A DNA stretch of 63,944 bases, the filler included, from Craspedostauros australis (lineage: Eukaryota), in assembly GCA_030167865.1 (NCBI GenBank). It is 5 parts of 5 records of this genome, joined end to end, with 100 filler letters (N's around TTAATTAATTAA, not from the genome) between each part and the next. Parts side by side here need not be neighbours in the genome. Positions count along the whole stretch, not along the records: positions 23,701 to 53,503 come from JALAGF010005533.1; positions 53,604 to 58,206 come from JALAGF010005535.1; positions 58,307 to 62,569 come from JALAGF010005536.1; 2 more parts are not named here. One strand, given 5' to 3'. Below the pieces are notes generated by a model. The model did no database searches. It was not told where the DNA came from and was given only the letters and a program-made list of their open reading frames with translations. This document shows positions 47,616 through 58,716 of this stretch, piece by piece (position 1 is the stretch's first letter; the number at the start of each line of letters is the position of its first letter). The translations under genes were made by a program, and so were the position numbers.

Positions 47616-49376
47616 ATGAGGCTCAACACCATGTCCGCCCTGACTGGGCTCCTCCTCTCCTCCGTGAGCACCATCGCCGACCCTCACGGTGAGGTCATCA
47701 GCCTCCACGGCAGCGGAACCACCAACCCCTCCAAGTGCTACTGGCAGATCATGGACCAGTTCGAGGAGCAGAGCAAGGCCGCCATCCGCATGACTTACCG
47801 TGCCGTCGGTTCCTCCACTGGACAACTCGAGTTCCTGGGAAAGACCGCCGAGGAGCCTGTGCCGTTCAACGACTTCGGCAGCGGCGACATCCCCATCTCC
47901 ACCGCGAGCTACAATAACATCACCCAGGCAGGACACTCCGTGATTCACTTCCCAGTGCTCCTCGGAGCCATCTCCTTCTTCCACTCCGTGCCCACCGGCA
48001 GCGAGCAGCTCGACCTCGACGCCTGCACCCTCGCCAAGATCTTCAAGCGCGACATCACCGAGTGGAACGACCCTGCTGTCCGCGCCCTCAACCTCAACAT
48101 CAACTTCGCGTCCGGCTCCAAGATCACCGTCGCCCACCGCATCCTCGGATCCTCCTCCACCGCCAGCATCACGCAGTACCTCCACAAGGCCTGCCCCGCT
48201 GTCTGGACCGAGGACCTCGTCGGCAAGGAGATCGTCTGGCCCGATGAGACCGTTGGCTGCCAGGGATCCTCCGGCATGACCGCCTGCATCCGCGGAAAAG
48301 AGGGTACCATCGGATACATCGACTCCGGGCACGGACATTCCGAGGGACTTCAGGAGATCAAGCTCAAGAACGCCGCCGACACCTACCTCTCCAGCAAGGA
48401 GGCCATCGCGAACAACGGAATCCTCGCCGCCTTTGAAAATGCCGAGATCCCAACCACCCTCGACGGAGACTTCGGAAACGTCACCCTCCTCAACGCGGTC
48501 AGTTGCACCAGTGTCCGATGCTTTCCTCTCATTTTTGTTGTTTCCTGTTGATCTCGCTTGCATCCCTGTTGACCTGACACAAAACCGTCATCCTTCTTTC
48601 TCGCTCGTCGTCTTCACCCTCCCTTTCATGCTACCAATAAACAACACGCGATCATCTTGAATAACGACATGGAAACGAACAACGAACCAACCAACCAACA
48701 TCAACTACAGGGCGGAAAGAATACCTGGCCGATTGTGGCCATGAGCTACGTCTACGTCCGTCAGGACATTACCTTCTTGGATACCGGCTCGCGTGGATTG
48801 CTCAAGGCATTCCTCACCGCTCTTTACGACGAGAAGTACATCAAGCAGTGCGAGGACGAGTTCGGTTTTGTCAGAGTCACTGGAACCACCCGCGACAAGG
48901 CCATCGCTGCAATCGATGCATTGATCTTCGACGATGTCGCAGATACCGAGGCCGTTCCAACCTTCACTTTCGAGGCTGAAGATGACACCCAGAAGATTTC
49001 CGGACAGGAAGAATTCGTCATCTCCCAGAAGCGCAGATCGTTCGCCGACGTTGAGCAGGAGGGTCTCGTGTCTTCCATCAACAGCCTCAACGATCAGGTC
49101 TCCATCTTGGAGGCACGCAACATTGCCCTCCTCAACTCCATCGAGAGCATGGAGAACAAGATCCAGCAGCTCGAGGCCAACGACGCCGCCCAGGACAACA
49201 AAGGTGACGCCATGACCACCGCCCAGGTCCGTGAGATCATCGACGACGAGCAGGCCTTCGGTGACACCGAGGAGACCCAGCTCACAGCTGCCCTCGTCCT
49301 CAGCTCCCTCGGGTTCTGCTTCTGGATGTTGGCATTCATCGTCTTGATCGCCAAGTTCGGATGTGGCATGTGCTGA
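47616..49376 (+). CDS. PstS-like phosphate-binding protein with signal peptide, coiled-coil stalk and C-terminal TM; exons 47616-48497 and 48711-49376
   Basis: LHGSGTT, YRAVGSSTG, DFGSGD, LAKIF..ITEWND, VAHRILGSSST, GTIGYID and WPIV..SYVYV parallel the PstS motifs; TM AALVLSSLGFCFWMLAFIVLIA. Confidence 0.85.
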
Positions 49377-49788
49377 GGTGGCAACCACGGCGTGAAGGAA
49401 TGATCCCAATGATGCGACGCCAGCTCCGGCACGGCCGCCCATCAACAGGCAACGACATCCAAAGAAGAACTACTCCAACGACAGTGCAAGGACGGTTGGT
49501 TTAGATTCTGTTCGCCTCATCGACGGTCCAGCGACCGACAGAAACAGCGGCAGCCGGAGACGGTTGCAAAGTTTTCATCCATCGGGATGCATTCCCTCAC
49601 CCACACCACGTTGTGTGGCACGCCCTGTACGTGGGCTCTGGCGGAAAGTTTGTTCATGAAGGACTTGCGGGGTGACGCAGAAAGAATACGACGTTTTCGC
49701 TCTTTTTTGCGGCATCATCCAGCGATGAAATATGTATTACAAACTGTAAGCTATTCCTCTGTTCCGAAATGATTTCCACTTATCTATT

Positions 49789-50502
49789 TTATCATCGGTT
49801 CGACACCATGTCGTAGTGGCCGACTTTGGGAGCTGCGGGAGACCATTTTCCCAGTCGCCTCCCACCCTGGTCTGACGCATCCTTGTTGGCCTTCGGTACC
49901 CATCGCAGTATCATCAATAGTTGATATACCAATGTATGCAGATACCAATTAAACCGTACCATACAAACAGAGGACAGCATCTCCACATCTGGACTGCTTG
50001 TCCAGCACCATGCCTCCACGTTTCTGTCACTGAAACACTGTGCAAGAGTTGGTTCGTGTGCTTTCACTTGTTCGAGTGTTTGGACGGTTAATTCTTGGTG
50101 TGACGTCACACTCTGTTCCGTAAGTCCAAATCATCCTCCAGTTCCACAGGCGAAATACAACGTGGTACAACATGCAAAGAACGACGCAATGACACAATCA
50201 CGAAACATCGATTTTCTATTTGACATTTTATTTGTGTTCACAAGCACGCAATCGATATTTGTTTGAAAGGAAACCTGAGAACTCCCCTCGTGTTGTGGAC
50301 ATCGGTGGTTTTGTGACCTGTCGCAGACATCATTGCGTTCCCGCCAAATAAGAGTTTTGACATAACGCCACGACCAAACCAACCAATCATGATGGTCGGT
50401 TCATGCAACGCCATTGTTGTTGTTAACTGATGACGCCATCGGGCTTTCGAAGGGTTTGTCCGACACGTCACGCTGATCATGTCGTGAGTTTTCCTTCTCC
50501 AT
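49789..50502 (-). pseudogene. ~237-codon reading frame interrupted by two in-frame TGA codons
   Basis: ATG at 50502. The same frame runs through track ORFs 50131-50382 and 49792-50109, with TGA at 50403-50401 and 50133-50131. No family recognised. Confidence 0.45.
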
Positions 50503-50822
50503 TTTTTACGTTTCGAAGCACATTTTTTTGGTGTTGTTGTTGTGGATGCGACTCAACAACGTGATTTCTGACTGATTGCTGCGCTCATCCATTTCCCGAA
50601 TCGTGTAATTCTCGTGTTGTATTTGTATTAAATGGTTTATTATTCCTGCAAAATGCCTGGTGTTGTCCAATTGTTGTTTGAATTTGTCAGTATCGTGTGT
50701 GTTGTGTGTATGATTTCGTGCTGATGATGGATTCGTGACTACGGGGTTGTGATGTTGTTTGTTGTGTCAGCTGTTGCTGCTGTCGATGACGTCTGTCATC
50801 GTACATGTGTACAAATGCAACA

Positions 50823-53503
50823 CCCCACACGCTTGTGTTAGCTAGCGGAAACAATCCATTGTGTCATACAGAGAAGACTGGGATCACCGCACTCCACTGG
50901 CGGCATTCACTGGCGAACGTAGAATGATGGAATGGATCCCATGAGTAGGTCCGTATGTCAAAGAACATAATCACAAGCATCTTCTTGTTGCACAGATCAG
51001 AAGAATTGGGGTTGGATGACACATCAGCAATGAGGATGAGATATCTGCCCACCCAATTGCAGACCGCAAATGTGTGTATATCGATATGCCTGGAGTTCCT
51101 TGGTGGTTGGTTGGCGTTTGCCATCGTTCTGGCACCTCGGTGGTCCTTGTAGATAAGTATGACATTCTGTTGGCGCATGCTGATCTTGTCCAGGATGGAC
51201 TGAAACCAGAGCACCATCTTGCCATTGTCGCCAGTGGCAATGAACTTGGCTTTAGAGGTATTGAGAGAAATGGTGGGTTGGACGTGGGCTTTTCATGTGA
51301 CAGCAGGGCCGCCAAGAAGCAACACCATGCCTCTGGTGGATTTTCAATGCCTTGTATTGGCACCCCAATTGGCATCCGCATATACATAGAGGAAAGTCAC
51401 CTGGATGGTGGCCTGGTCCGCTGGGCTGTGGTGCTTGTTGTTGGCAGGCACAAGTTGTTTCAGTGCTGCCACATCTGCAAGCTGCGGGACAGGAGACTGT
51501 CACCAGTAGGTGATCTCAAAGTCCCTGGTGGATGCAACATACCTGAAGAGGTAGTTGACAGCTTTGTAGTGTACATGTGCAGGGTTCATCAAGACTTGGC
51601 TCAGCTTCACCACAGGGAAGAAGATGTCAGTGCAACAGGAAAGCATGGCCCAGATGAGCTTTCCAATGGCTTAGTGGTAGCTGAAGGACTTGGATTGCAG
51701 ACCATGATGCTTGGCTTCCATGTTGGGTATGACTGCCTGATCCAATTGCCACACATGTCCATTGTCTGTGCGCATGGGTAGGCATTGTGTAGACTTCAAT
51801 CAATGCCAATCGTGTTGCTTGAGCGCCTTGTTGATGTATGTGGAGCAGTGCACATTCACATGTCATCAGGCCTGAGTGAGATCCAGTCCATTGTAGTGTG
51901 CAAACAGACTGTGCCAAGTGATGGGATAGTTCAGCCGAGCATCAAGCATGTCACAGAACTCCTTGTAAAAGGTCTCATCCTTGGTTGCCACTGCAAAGTT
52001 GTCCACCTGCCAGGGCACATACGCATTGTGGGTGTGAAGGTTTCCAATGTGCAAACATGGTGCTTGAGTTGTTGTGTGAACCCCATGTCCTTGAGTAGCC
52101 AATTGGTATGCGGACTCCACTGTAGTGGTGCTTCAGGATGCCCTGTAGATTCTTGAGAACAGGCACAACCATGTGTCGACCCAGAACAACGTCATGCTTG
52201 TGCTTCCACCAGCTGCAGAACTGATCATCAATTCACATGTAGAAATGTTGTGCGCTGGCAGGCGCTTTGGTGACTGCATTCGCGATGTCAGCTCCGTACA
52301 TGAGCAGTCCTTGCACTTCAACAATGGCCACCAAGATGCGGAACTCCATGAGGTCAGGAGTAGCAGCGTATGTGTGACCAAAGATGTGCACATTGCCTCC
52401 CCAGGTGGACCCATCAGAAATNNNNNNNNNNNNNNNNNNNNNNNNNNNNNNNNNNNNNNNNNNNNNNNNNNNNNNNNNNNNNNNNNNNNNNNNNNNNNNN
52501 NNNNNNNNNNNNNNNNNNNNNNNNNNNNNNNNNNNNNNNNNNNNNNNNNNNNNNNNNNNNNNNNNNNNNNNNNNNNNNNNNNNNNNNNNNNNNNNNNNNN
52601 NNNNNNNNNNNNNNNNNNNGCCATCGCGCTGGAGCAGTTTGCGCCAGGTGAGCTTCGGAGCAGCCTCCACTTGACATGCAGTTGGTGAGATAAGATGGAG
52701 GATGGAGCCAATATGCCCAAGTTGGTCAAAATACATTTGTGGAACACTGTGCTGTGTGAGGGAGTTTCGAACATCACCGAACGCAAAGACCGCGTCGCAC
52801 GCATCCAGTACAGCCTGGGTGAGATCCAGCAGCAAGCGGATGTCATGGTCGCTGATGGCCAACAAGTAGGCACCCTTGAGCCAGGATCTCCACTGCAGAA
52901 TGCGCACTGCAGCTGAACCTGGTTTGCATCATGTGAGACGCAGACGTCCTCAGAGCTCATCAGGCACAAATTCCAACCCTGCAGTTGGATCGTTTCTGGA
53001 GAGGCGGATGCGCTGTTGGAATGCCCTTTCGTAGGGATCCCCAGTCATGCGCACGATGTAGGCACTTTCAACACTGTCAACACCGTCAACAGAGTATGCT
53101 GTTGCAGCTGCATGGAGCATGTCACTATCATGCGGAATGTAGTTGGCGCACTTGATAGAAAGGCGCATGACTGTCCGTCTTGGCTTTCTCAGCACCTGAA
53201 CCATGTATGCCATTGCCATTGTGAGGCAGTTGAAACCTGAGGTCGAACAGAAGTCGTGGTCCTGGCGGACGTTCATGGGCAGAGAAGTGGGCCTCATCGA
53301 AGATCAGGTTGCCAGCGGTCTTGATACACCCCGAATCCAAGTCAATATATTTATGGAGCATGGGTGTGGCAGTATGACCCACAAAGATGCTGTCACAGGT
53401 ATGGATGTCCAGCTTTGCAGCAGGATGGCTGGGCTTGCACACAACCACTCTGGAACCAAGACTTGCGGGTGGCTCAGGTTGGGCTTTATGCCATGAGGAA
53501 GCT
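50823..53503 (-). mobile_element. Degenerate Ty1/Copia LTR retrotransposon (integrase C-terminus, RT, RNase H)
   Basis: Integrase-end SIFVGHTA..IFDEAHF; RT remnants GADIANAV and QVDNFAVA; RNase H SRHIDIH..NPNSSDLCNK; many stops and frameshifts; degenerate purine tract then TGTTG at ~50822. Confidence 0.85.
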
Positions 53504-53603
53504 NNNNNNNNNNNNNNNNNNNNNNNNNNNNNNNNNNNNNNNNNNNNTTAATTAATTAANNNNNNNNNNNNNNNNNNNNNNNNNNNNNNNNNNNNNNNNN
53601 NNN
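53504..53603. other. Artificial scaffold linker
   Basis: TTAATTAATTAA at 53548-53559 within Ns. Confidence 0.97.
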
Positions 53604-53688
53604 TCCAAGTGCGTATGAGAGAATAACGGGTGAGCGATGCACATATACACGTACATCTTGACATATACTCACATGTACATCTCGACAC
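53604..53688 (-). repeat. Element terminus, inverted copy of 56162-56246
   Basis: 85-bp reverse-complement match with 4 mismatches by eye. Confidence 0.9.
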
Positions 53689-53831
53689 GTGCAGAAGGCA
53701 CGAACTATGTGCCCCAAACAGCACCACAGATAACACAGAGCTGATGGGTGAGCGGAAGCACTCTTTTACCTGAGAAGGAGCGAAAATAGGCAGCAAAGAT
53801 GGCAAAGAGAATGGTAGTTTCACAACAGGAA

Positions 53832-56160
53832 TGTTATCTCGTTATCGTACACAGCAAAATCACACGAGTCCTTCAAGAGAGATCAAGTCTTTCAGGACGA
53901 GGGTAACAAGCTGGTGAGTGAAGACACTGTTTGGGTTGAGTGACTTCTGTTCTATGTTATCTTCATTGAGTTGTATCTCATGTTGCTGTCTTCAAGGTCA
54001 GCTCTCAGTCATTGCACCTCGAATCCGATCTTGTTCTGATGTGGAGATGACCCATGATGTGGCGATGATGTCTTCTGTGTCGACGTCACTCATCACCGTT
54101 CCATGGCTCTGTCGATTCCACATTCTATTGATGATGCTTGGGGTCGTCGAGTGTGTTGTCATTTCAGGTTTAGTTGGGAAGTATATCAGGTCGAATTGAA
54201 CATCACATGTTTGCCGGGTGGTGGCCAGACCGAATCTCTGATGTTCCCTAGTGTGTCCCTCATGCTGAAATTCATGTGTCGGAGTAAAGCATCGTTTCAG
54301 CACATACCAGGACAGACTAATCAGAAAACGAATCAGGTGAATACAGCGTTGTGCTAATACTCCCCGAAACGTATCTTTTCGCAGTCACTTGTTGTGGTTG
54401 GGATCGGTGTTGCCCTTCCAGAACAACAGTGGTTGGATGAGGTCCCAGAAAACGGATCGTGGAAGGAATTTCGTGAGGATGTCGGCGATATTCTGGTTTC
54501 CCTTGATCTTTATGAAGTACATCGTCCCAGCGGCGATGGCCGATCGGACTCGGTGGTAGGCCAGTGCGTTGTGTCTCTTGGATAGCACACTGGTTTGGAT
54601 GGTGAAGGATGTGACTACGCTCTGGTTGTCACCAAAGAGCCAGCTTGGACCGTCCACAGGTATTCCCATTTCGCACAGCATCAGGCGGATGGATAGGATC
54701 TGTTCTGTTGCCAACCGTGCTGCCACGAATTCTGATCCGTAGGTGGCNGTCTCCANGGTGGACTGTCGCTTNGAGAACCATTCGATGGGTGTTTGGTTGA
54801 TGAGATGCACGATACCAGTTGCTGATTTCCCAGTCACCTTGCAGTGCATGAGATTCGCATCAACAAAAGTCGTGGTACGTACGGGTTTGCCTTTGGCTGT
54901 TGGTGCATCGGCTGGCATCTCCTCTCAGTTGGGTCCGTACACAGAGTACATCCATTCGTGCTGCGGGATGTCGTAGTGTTCTTCATGGTTGGGGATTCCG
55001 GTTCGGAAGCGGATGGAGGCATCTGGGTATTTGCGAAGGTACCCGAAGATGCGTTTCACTCTGTCCATGTATCCTGCTCTTGGTGATGCACGGAAACGGG
55101 AGAGAGTCATTACCGCCACATGTATGTCGATCCTTCCCAGAGACACACACCATTGGAGTGCTCCGATCAACGACATGTACTTGGTTTGATTGATCTCCCC
55201 GAGCTCGGGTGTCGTATCGAGCTCAGGACTGTCGTCCTTGTCTATGGGGCAGCTGGTCTTGTTGGGTGGCCCGTGTTAGAAATCCGGGGTTATAGTAGTA
55301 GACTAATCTGTTATCAGTCTGTACCGTTTTAGAACTGTGAGCACAACATGCTCATCTCCTTTCGATTCCAATTCACAACAAGCATGATCTGCAGCAGCCA
55401 CCCAAGGTTACACCCTTTAGCTTGGCTCCTTTTGTCTGCATCTCCATCTTGCGTTCATTGTGGTTCATCGTTTGCTTAGCTGAGAGTTGGAGAGTACCTA
55501 CATTCGTCAAGTTCATACTCGTAGACCTGTAGGTGCCTCTCCTTCGGTCTCCTGTCACTTCACTGGTCCCACTTCATTCCAGTTCCTCCTTCCGGTCATC
55601 TCGATGGTTGCCTTTGGATGCTTGGAACTTATTGTCATCTGGATTGTGGTCTTGGGTGAATAGGGATCGCCTCTGTTTCGCTTTCTCACATTAGGTTCTC
55701 AGGGACGCGTCGACTTGTTCCGATATATTGATTGTCGCGCTCATTCGATTCGCTCAGGGCTGGTGTGTTGCCATCCTCATAGATCTCTCCGTTCCCAACC
55801 GTTATCGGGACATGGCCGAGTAGGCCACTGGATGAGGGTGCTTGGATGTCGCATAAGACAGGTAAGGCCATTGGNNNNNNNNNNNNNNNNNNNNNNNNNN
55901 NNNNNNNNNNNNNNNNNNNNNNNNATACCATTCCGGTTCCAGTCAGTCCTCATGGGAGCTGCGGTAGAATAGGGTATCTTTGCAAAGTCGTACCCCCGAT
56001 TCCTGACAGGCCCGTCGAACATCTGTTCGTAGTTCGTGAGCATGCGCTTGATGTAGGAACGCGCGCTGATCCTCATTGTGCCGTTGCTGTCTCTTCCGAA
56101 GTCTGCTCCTAGATGGTAGGAGATGGGGCCGACACCTTTGAGCTTATAGCCATACTGTGA
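53832..56160 (-). mobile_element. Ty1/Copia (CoDi-like) retrotransposon 3' part: RT-RNase H, polypurine tract 54360-54365, probable 3' LTR 54359-53832
   Basis: YHLGADF, YMSLIGALQW..GRIDI, FVDANLMHC..TGKS.TG, ATYGSEF, GDNQSV, KRHNALAYHRVR, NIADILTK. GGGGAG precedes TATTAG...ATAACA. In-frame TGA at 54925-54927. Confidence 0.9.
55274..56008. mobile_element. Nested TG..CA insertion (solo LTR or TIR element) inside the Copia RT, with GGCCCG target duplication
   Basis: Ends TGTTAGAAATCCGGGGT and ACCCCCGATTCCTGACA (14/17 inverted match). GGCCCG at 55268-55273 and 56009-56014. Removing the insert restores MFDGPPNKTSCPIDKDDSPELD. Confidence 0.88.
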
Positions 56161-56970
56161 TGTGTCGAGATGTACATGTGAGTATATGTCGAGATGTACG
56201 AGTATATGTGCATCGTTCACCCGCTATTCTCTCATACGCACTTGGACGGTATGACTACACTCGTGTCGATAGTATACTGTGATTCGTCAGAATTACAACG
56301 GAAATGGAACACACGAAAAAAGAGCAAGATTTCTGGAAGAAATTTGCAAATAACGATTTCTGAGAGAATCAGAAGATCGTCCGTCCATCCATCAATGGTA
56401 GCAAGAGAATCTCGAGGTACTTCCCAACTAAACCTCAGATGACGATATCATCTGACAGACTACTGCATCACCAATAGAACGTGACATCTGGAGAGCAGAA
56501 GGACGCCTACTGACGTTGACAGGATGTCAACATGTCACCACGTCAACATCTGTCTCCGAGTCAGAGCAGGAGGCGAAGATCCGATGACCAAAGGGCATCA
56601 GCATCATGGATACTGAAGGTGAACTTCAAATGGTAAGTACTCATGGAGTAGGAGCCAGTACTGAACGAACGGAGTGTCGAATGCGGAGTACGCATTGAAC
56701 ACGAAGTATCGTGTAACACGAGCACACGATGTAGAGAGAGAGAATACAGAGAGGAGCGAGAGAGGATCTCGCATACCGACTCATAGTCGGAGACTGAATC
56801 TACAAAACAGATTGAAGCGCCGAGAGCATCGGGCAAGAGAACGGGCGTACACCAAGAGCATCGGAGTAGCCAACTAATGGAATAGCAAACAGACGACTAT
56901 CAACCAACACCATCTTCCACGATCGTAGGTTACCGTGAGCGGAATTTGCCAACAGAGGAGGTGATGCCGA
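56161..56970 (+). mobile_element. Second insertion starting TGTGTCGAGA that truncates the Copia RT; LTR-like, right end not resolved
   Basis: The RT frame breaks at 56160; the first 85 bp are shared with 53604-53688; no long ORF. Confidence 0.5.
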
Positions 56971-56972
56971 TA

Positions 56973-57772
56973 GAGGTGTTGGATGCAGCAGCGAGAACAA
57001 CAACCGCCAATGTCACTAGTACTCTCACTACTCATACTACAACCGCAGCACAACAGATACAATGAGCATCGCATCGGCGGAGGCACCTTTGGAATGAAGC
57101 AAAAAATGTGACGGGGTTTTGTGTCTGCGTGGCGACGATGTATGCGTGCGCATGTGGTGATGATGTGTGTGATGCCGACAAGCACAAAATGTCAATCGAT
57201 TCCGTAGCAGCTAACGGTGTATAACGTGTTCCAAACGAACGAGGAGGAAGGAAAAATCTGGAGACACCAACGTGAATGGGCACCAATCGTTATTAACTCG
57301 GAACACCAAAGAACCTTCGACGAAACTACATCGTGGAAGGCTACGCTTGACCCCTACGACTCCAAATATTTGATGGTCCATAAAACTTAAACTATGAACT
57401 TTAAGATTCTGGGTAATTTTCTTGTTGCTATAGACACTATAATGAGTATGTTGGTATGATTAGTTCTGTTGTAATCGAAGAAAAATTGCCACTCTACTTT
57501 ACCAAAGGTTGGTCGACTCACTCACCCGGGTCATACAAGATGACAGAATAGGCACCTTCATGACCTCCTAACCCATCCAATATAATTCTTAAGAATGTAG
57601 TTCTTCTATATATATCTACAGAAAGCATATGGTAAGGCCTCATAAAGGTTACAGCAGGATCGCAGATGCGACGCCGACTTTGGTGTACTATTTTCGCTCA
57701 GGCGGGTCTTATGACCCGGGTTCAACAGGATCGATGGATATTCCCCGATGATTCCAAATTGCTGCCTCTTAA
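56973..57772 (-). mobile_element. Putative long terminal repeat arm of a Sola3-like DNA transposon, ending ...GCTGCCTC|TTAA
   Basis: 56973-57284 is a diverged reverse-complement of 58309-58638, just upstream of the transposase. CTC at 57766-57768 is followed by TTAA at 57769-57772. Confidence 0.6.
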
Positions 57773-58109
57773 ACTTCACACATCGATAGCCCTATATGTG
57801 AGGACCCTACACAACCCTCAAGACCCCCCCTATCTCCTTTAGTTCAGAAGTTATTGTAATTTTAGTTCTGAGGTAAGGCTACAACTAATTTGGAGGCGAC
57901 TTACAGACGTCACTGTTTTGATACTTTTGAGCGTGGATTTCGGGAAAGATTGGGGTTCCCGTTCGACAATCAGTGTTTGAAAAAGTGGGAAGCTAGTCCA
58001 ACACGACATNTCATTGTCCGTTGCAGAATTGGCGCCCATGGTTTCCACGACTTGCTCGGCTTCCGGAACAGCGGTGCGCTGCTCATTTGATGTTGCCTGG
58101 TGGTGGCAT

Positions 58110-58189
58110 CCCGAACCCCAAACCCCCTAACCCTAACCTAACCCCAGTACTAACCCCAACCTAACCCTAGTACTAACCCTAACCCTAAC
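58110..58189 (+). repeat. Degenerate interstitial telomere-like (CCCTAA)n array
   Basis: CCCTAACCCTAACCTAACCCCAGTACTAACCCCAACCTAACCCTAGTACTAACCCTAACCCTAAC with non-repeat flanks on both sides. Confidence 0.85.
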
Positions 58190-58206
58190 AGATTGCATGA
58201 CAGAGG

Positions 58207-58306
58207 NNNNNNNNNNNNNNNNNNNNNNNNNNNNNNNNNNNNNNNNNNNNTTAATTAATTAANNNNNNNNNNNNNNNNNNNNNNNNNNNNNNNNNNNNNN
58301 NNNNNN
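58207..58306. other. Artificial scaffold linker
   Basis: TTAATTAATTAA at 58251-58262 within Ns. Confidence 0.97.
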
Positions 58307-58716
58307 AAGGTGCCCATTCACGTTAGTGTCTCCAGCTTTTTCCTTCCTCCTCGATCGTTTCGAACACGTTAAACAACGTTAGCGGCTCCAGAGTCCATTG
58401 ACATTTCCCGTTCGTGGACATCACACACATCACACACATCACGCACATCATCGCCGCATGCGTATGACCACATCGTCGCCACGCAGACACAAAACTCCCG
58501 TCACATTTTGGAGTCATTCCAAAGCTTCCTCCGCCGATGCAATGCTCATTCTATCTGTTGTGCTGCGGTTGTAGTGTGAGTAGTGAGAGTACTGGTTGCA
58601 TTGGCAGTTGTGGTCGCTGCTGCTGCATCCAACACCTCCTCCACTCGCTTTCATTCCGTGTTCTCCAGTGCAATTCGTCGATCAATCAATCAAGCTACTC
58701 TGTTACCATCAACACC

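Noticed and set aside
50866..50880. ATACAGAGAAGA resembling the U6 snRNA ACAGAGA box
   Set aside because: The match ends after ~12 nt with no TTAGCATGG, and it lies at the end of a Copia element.
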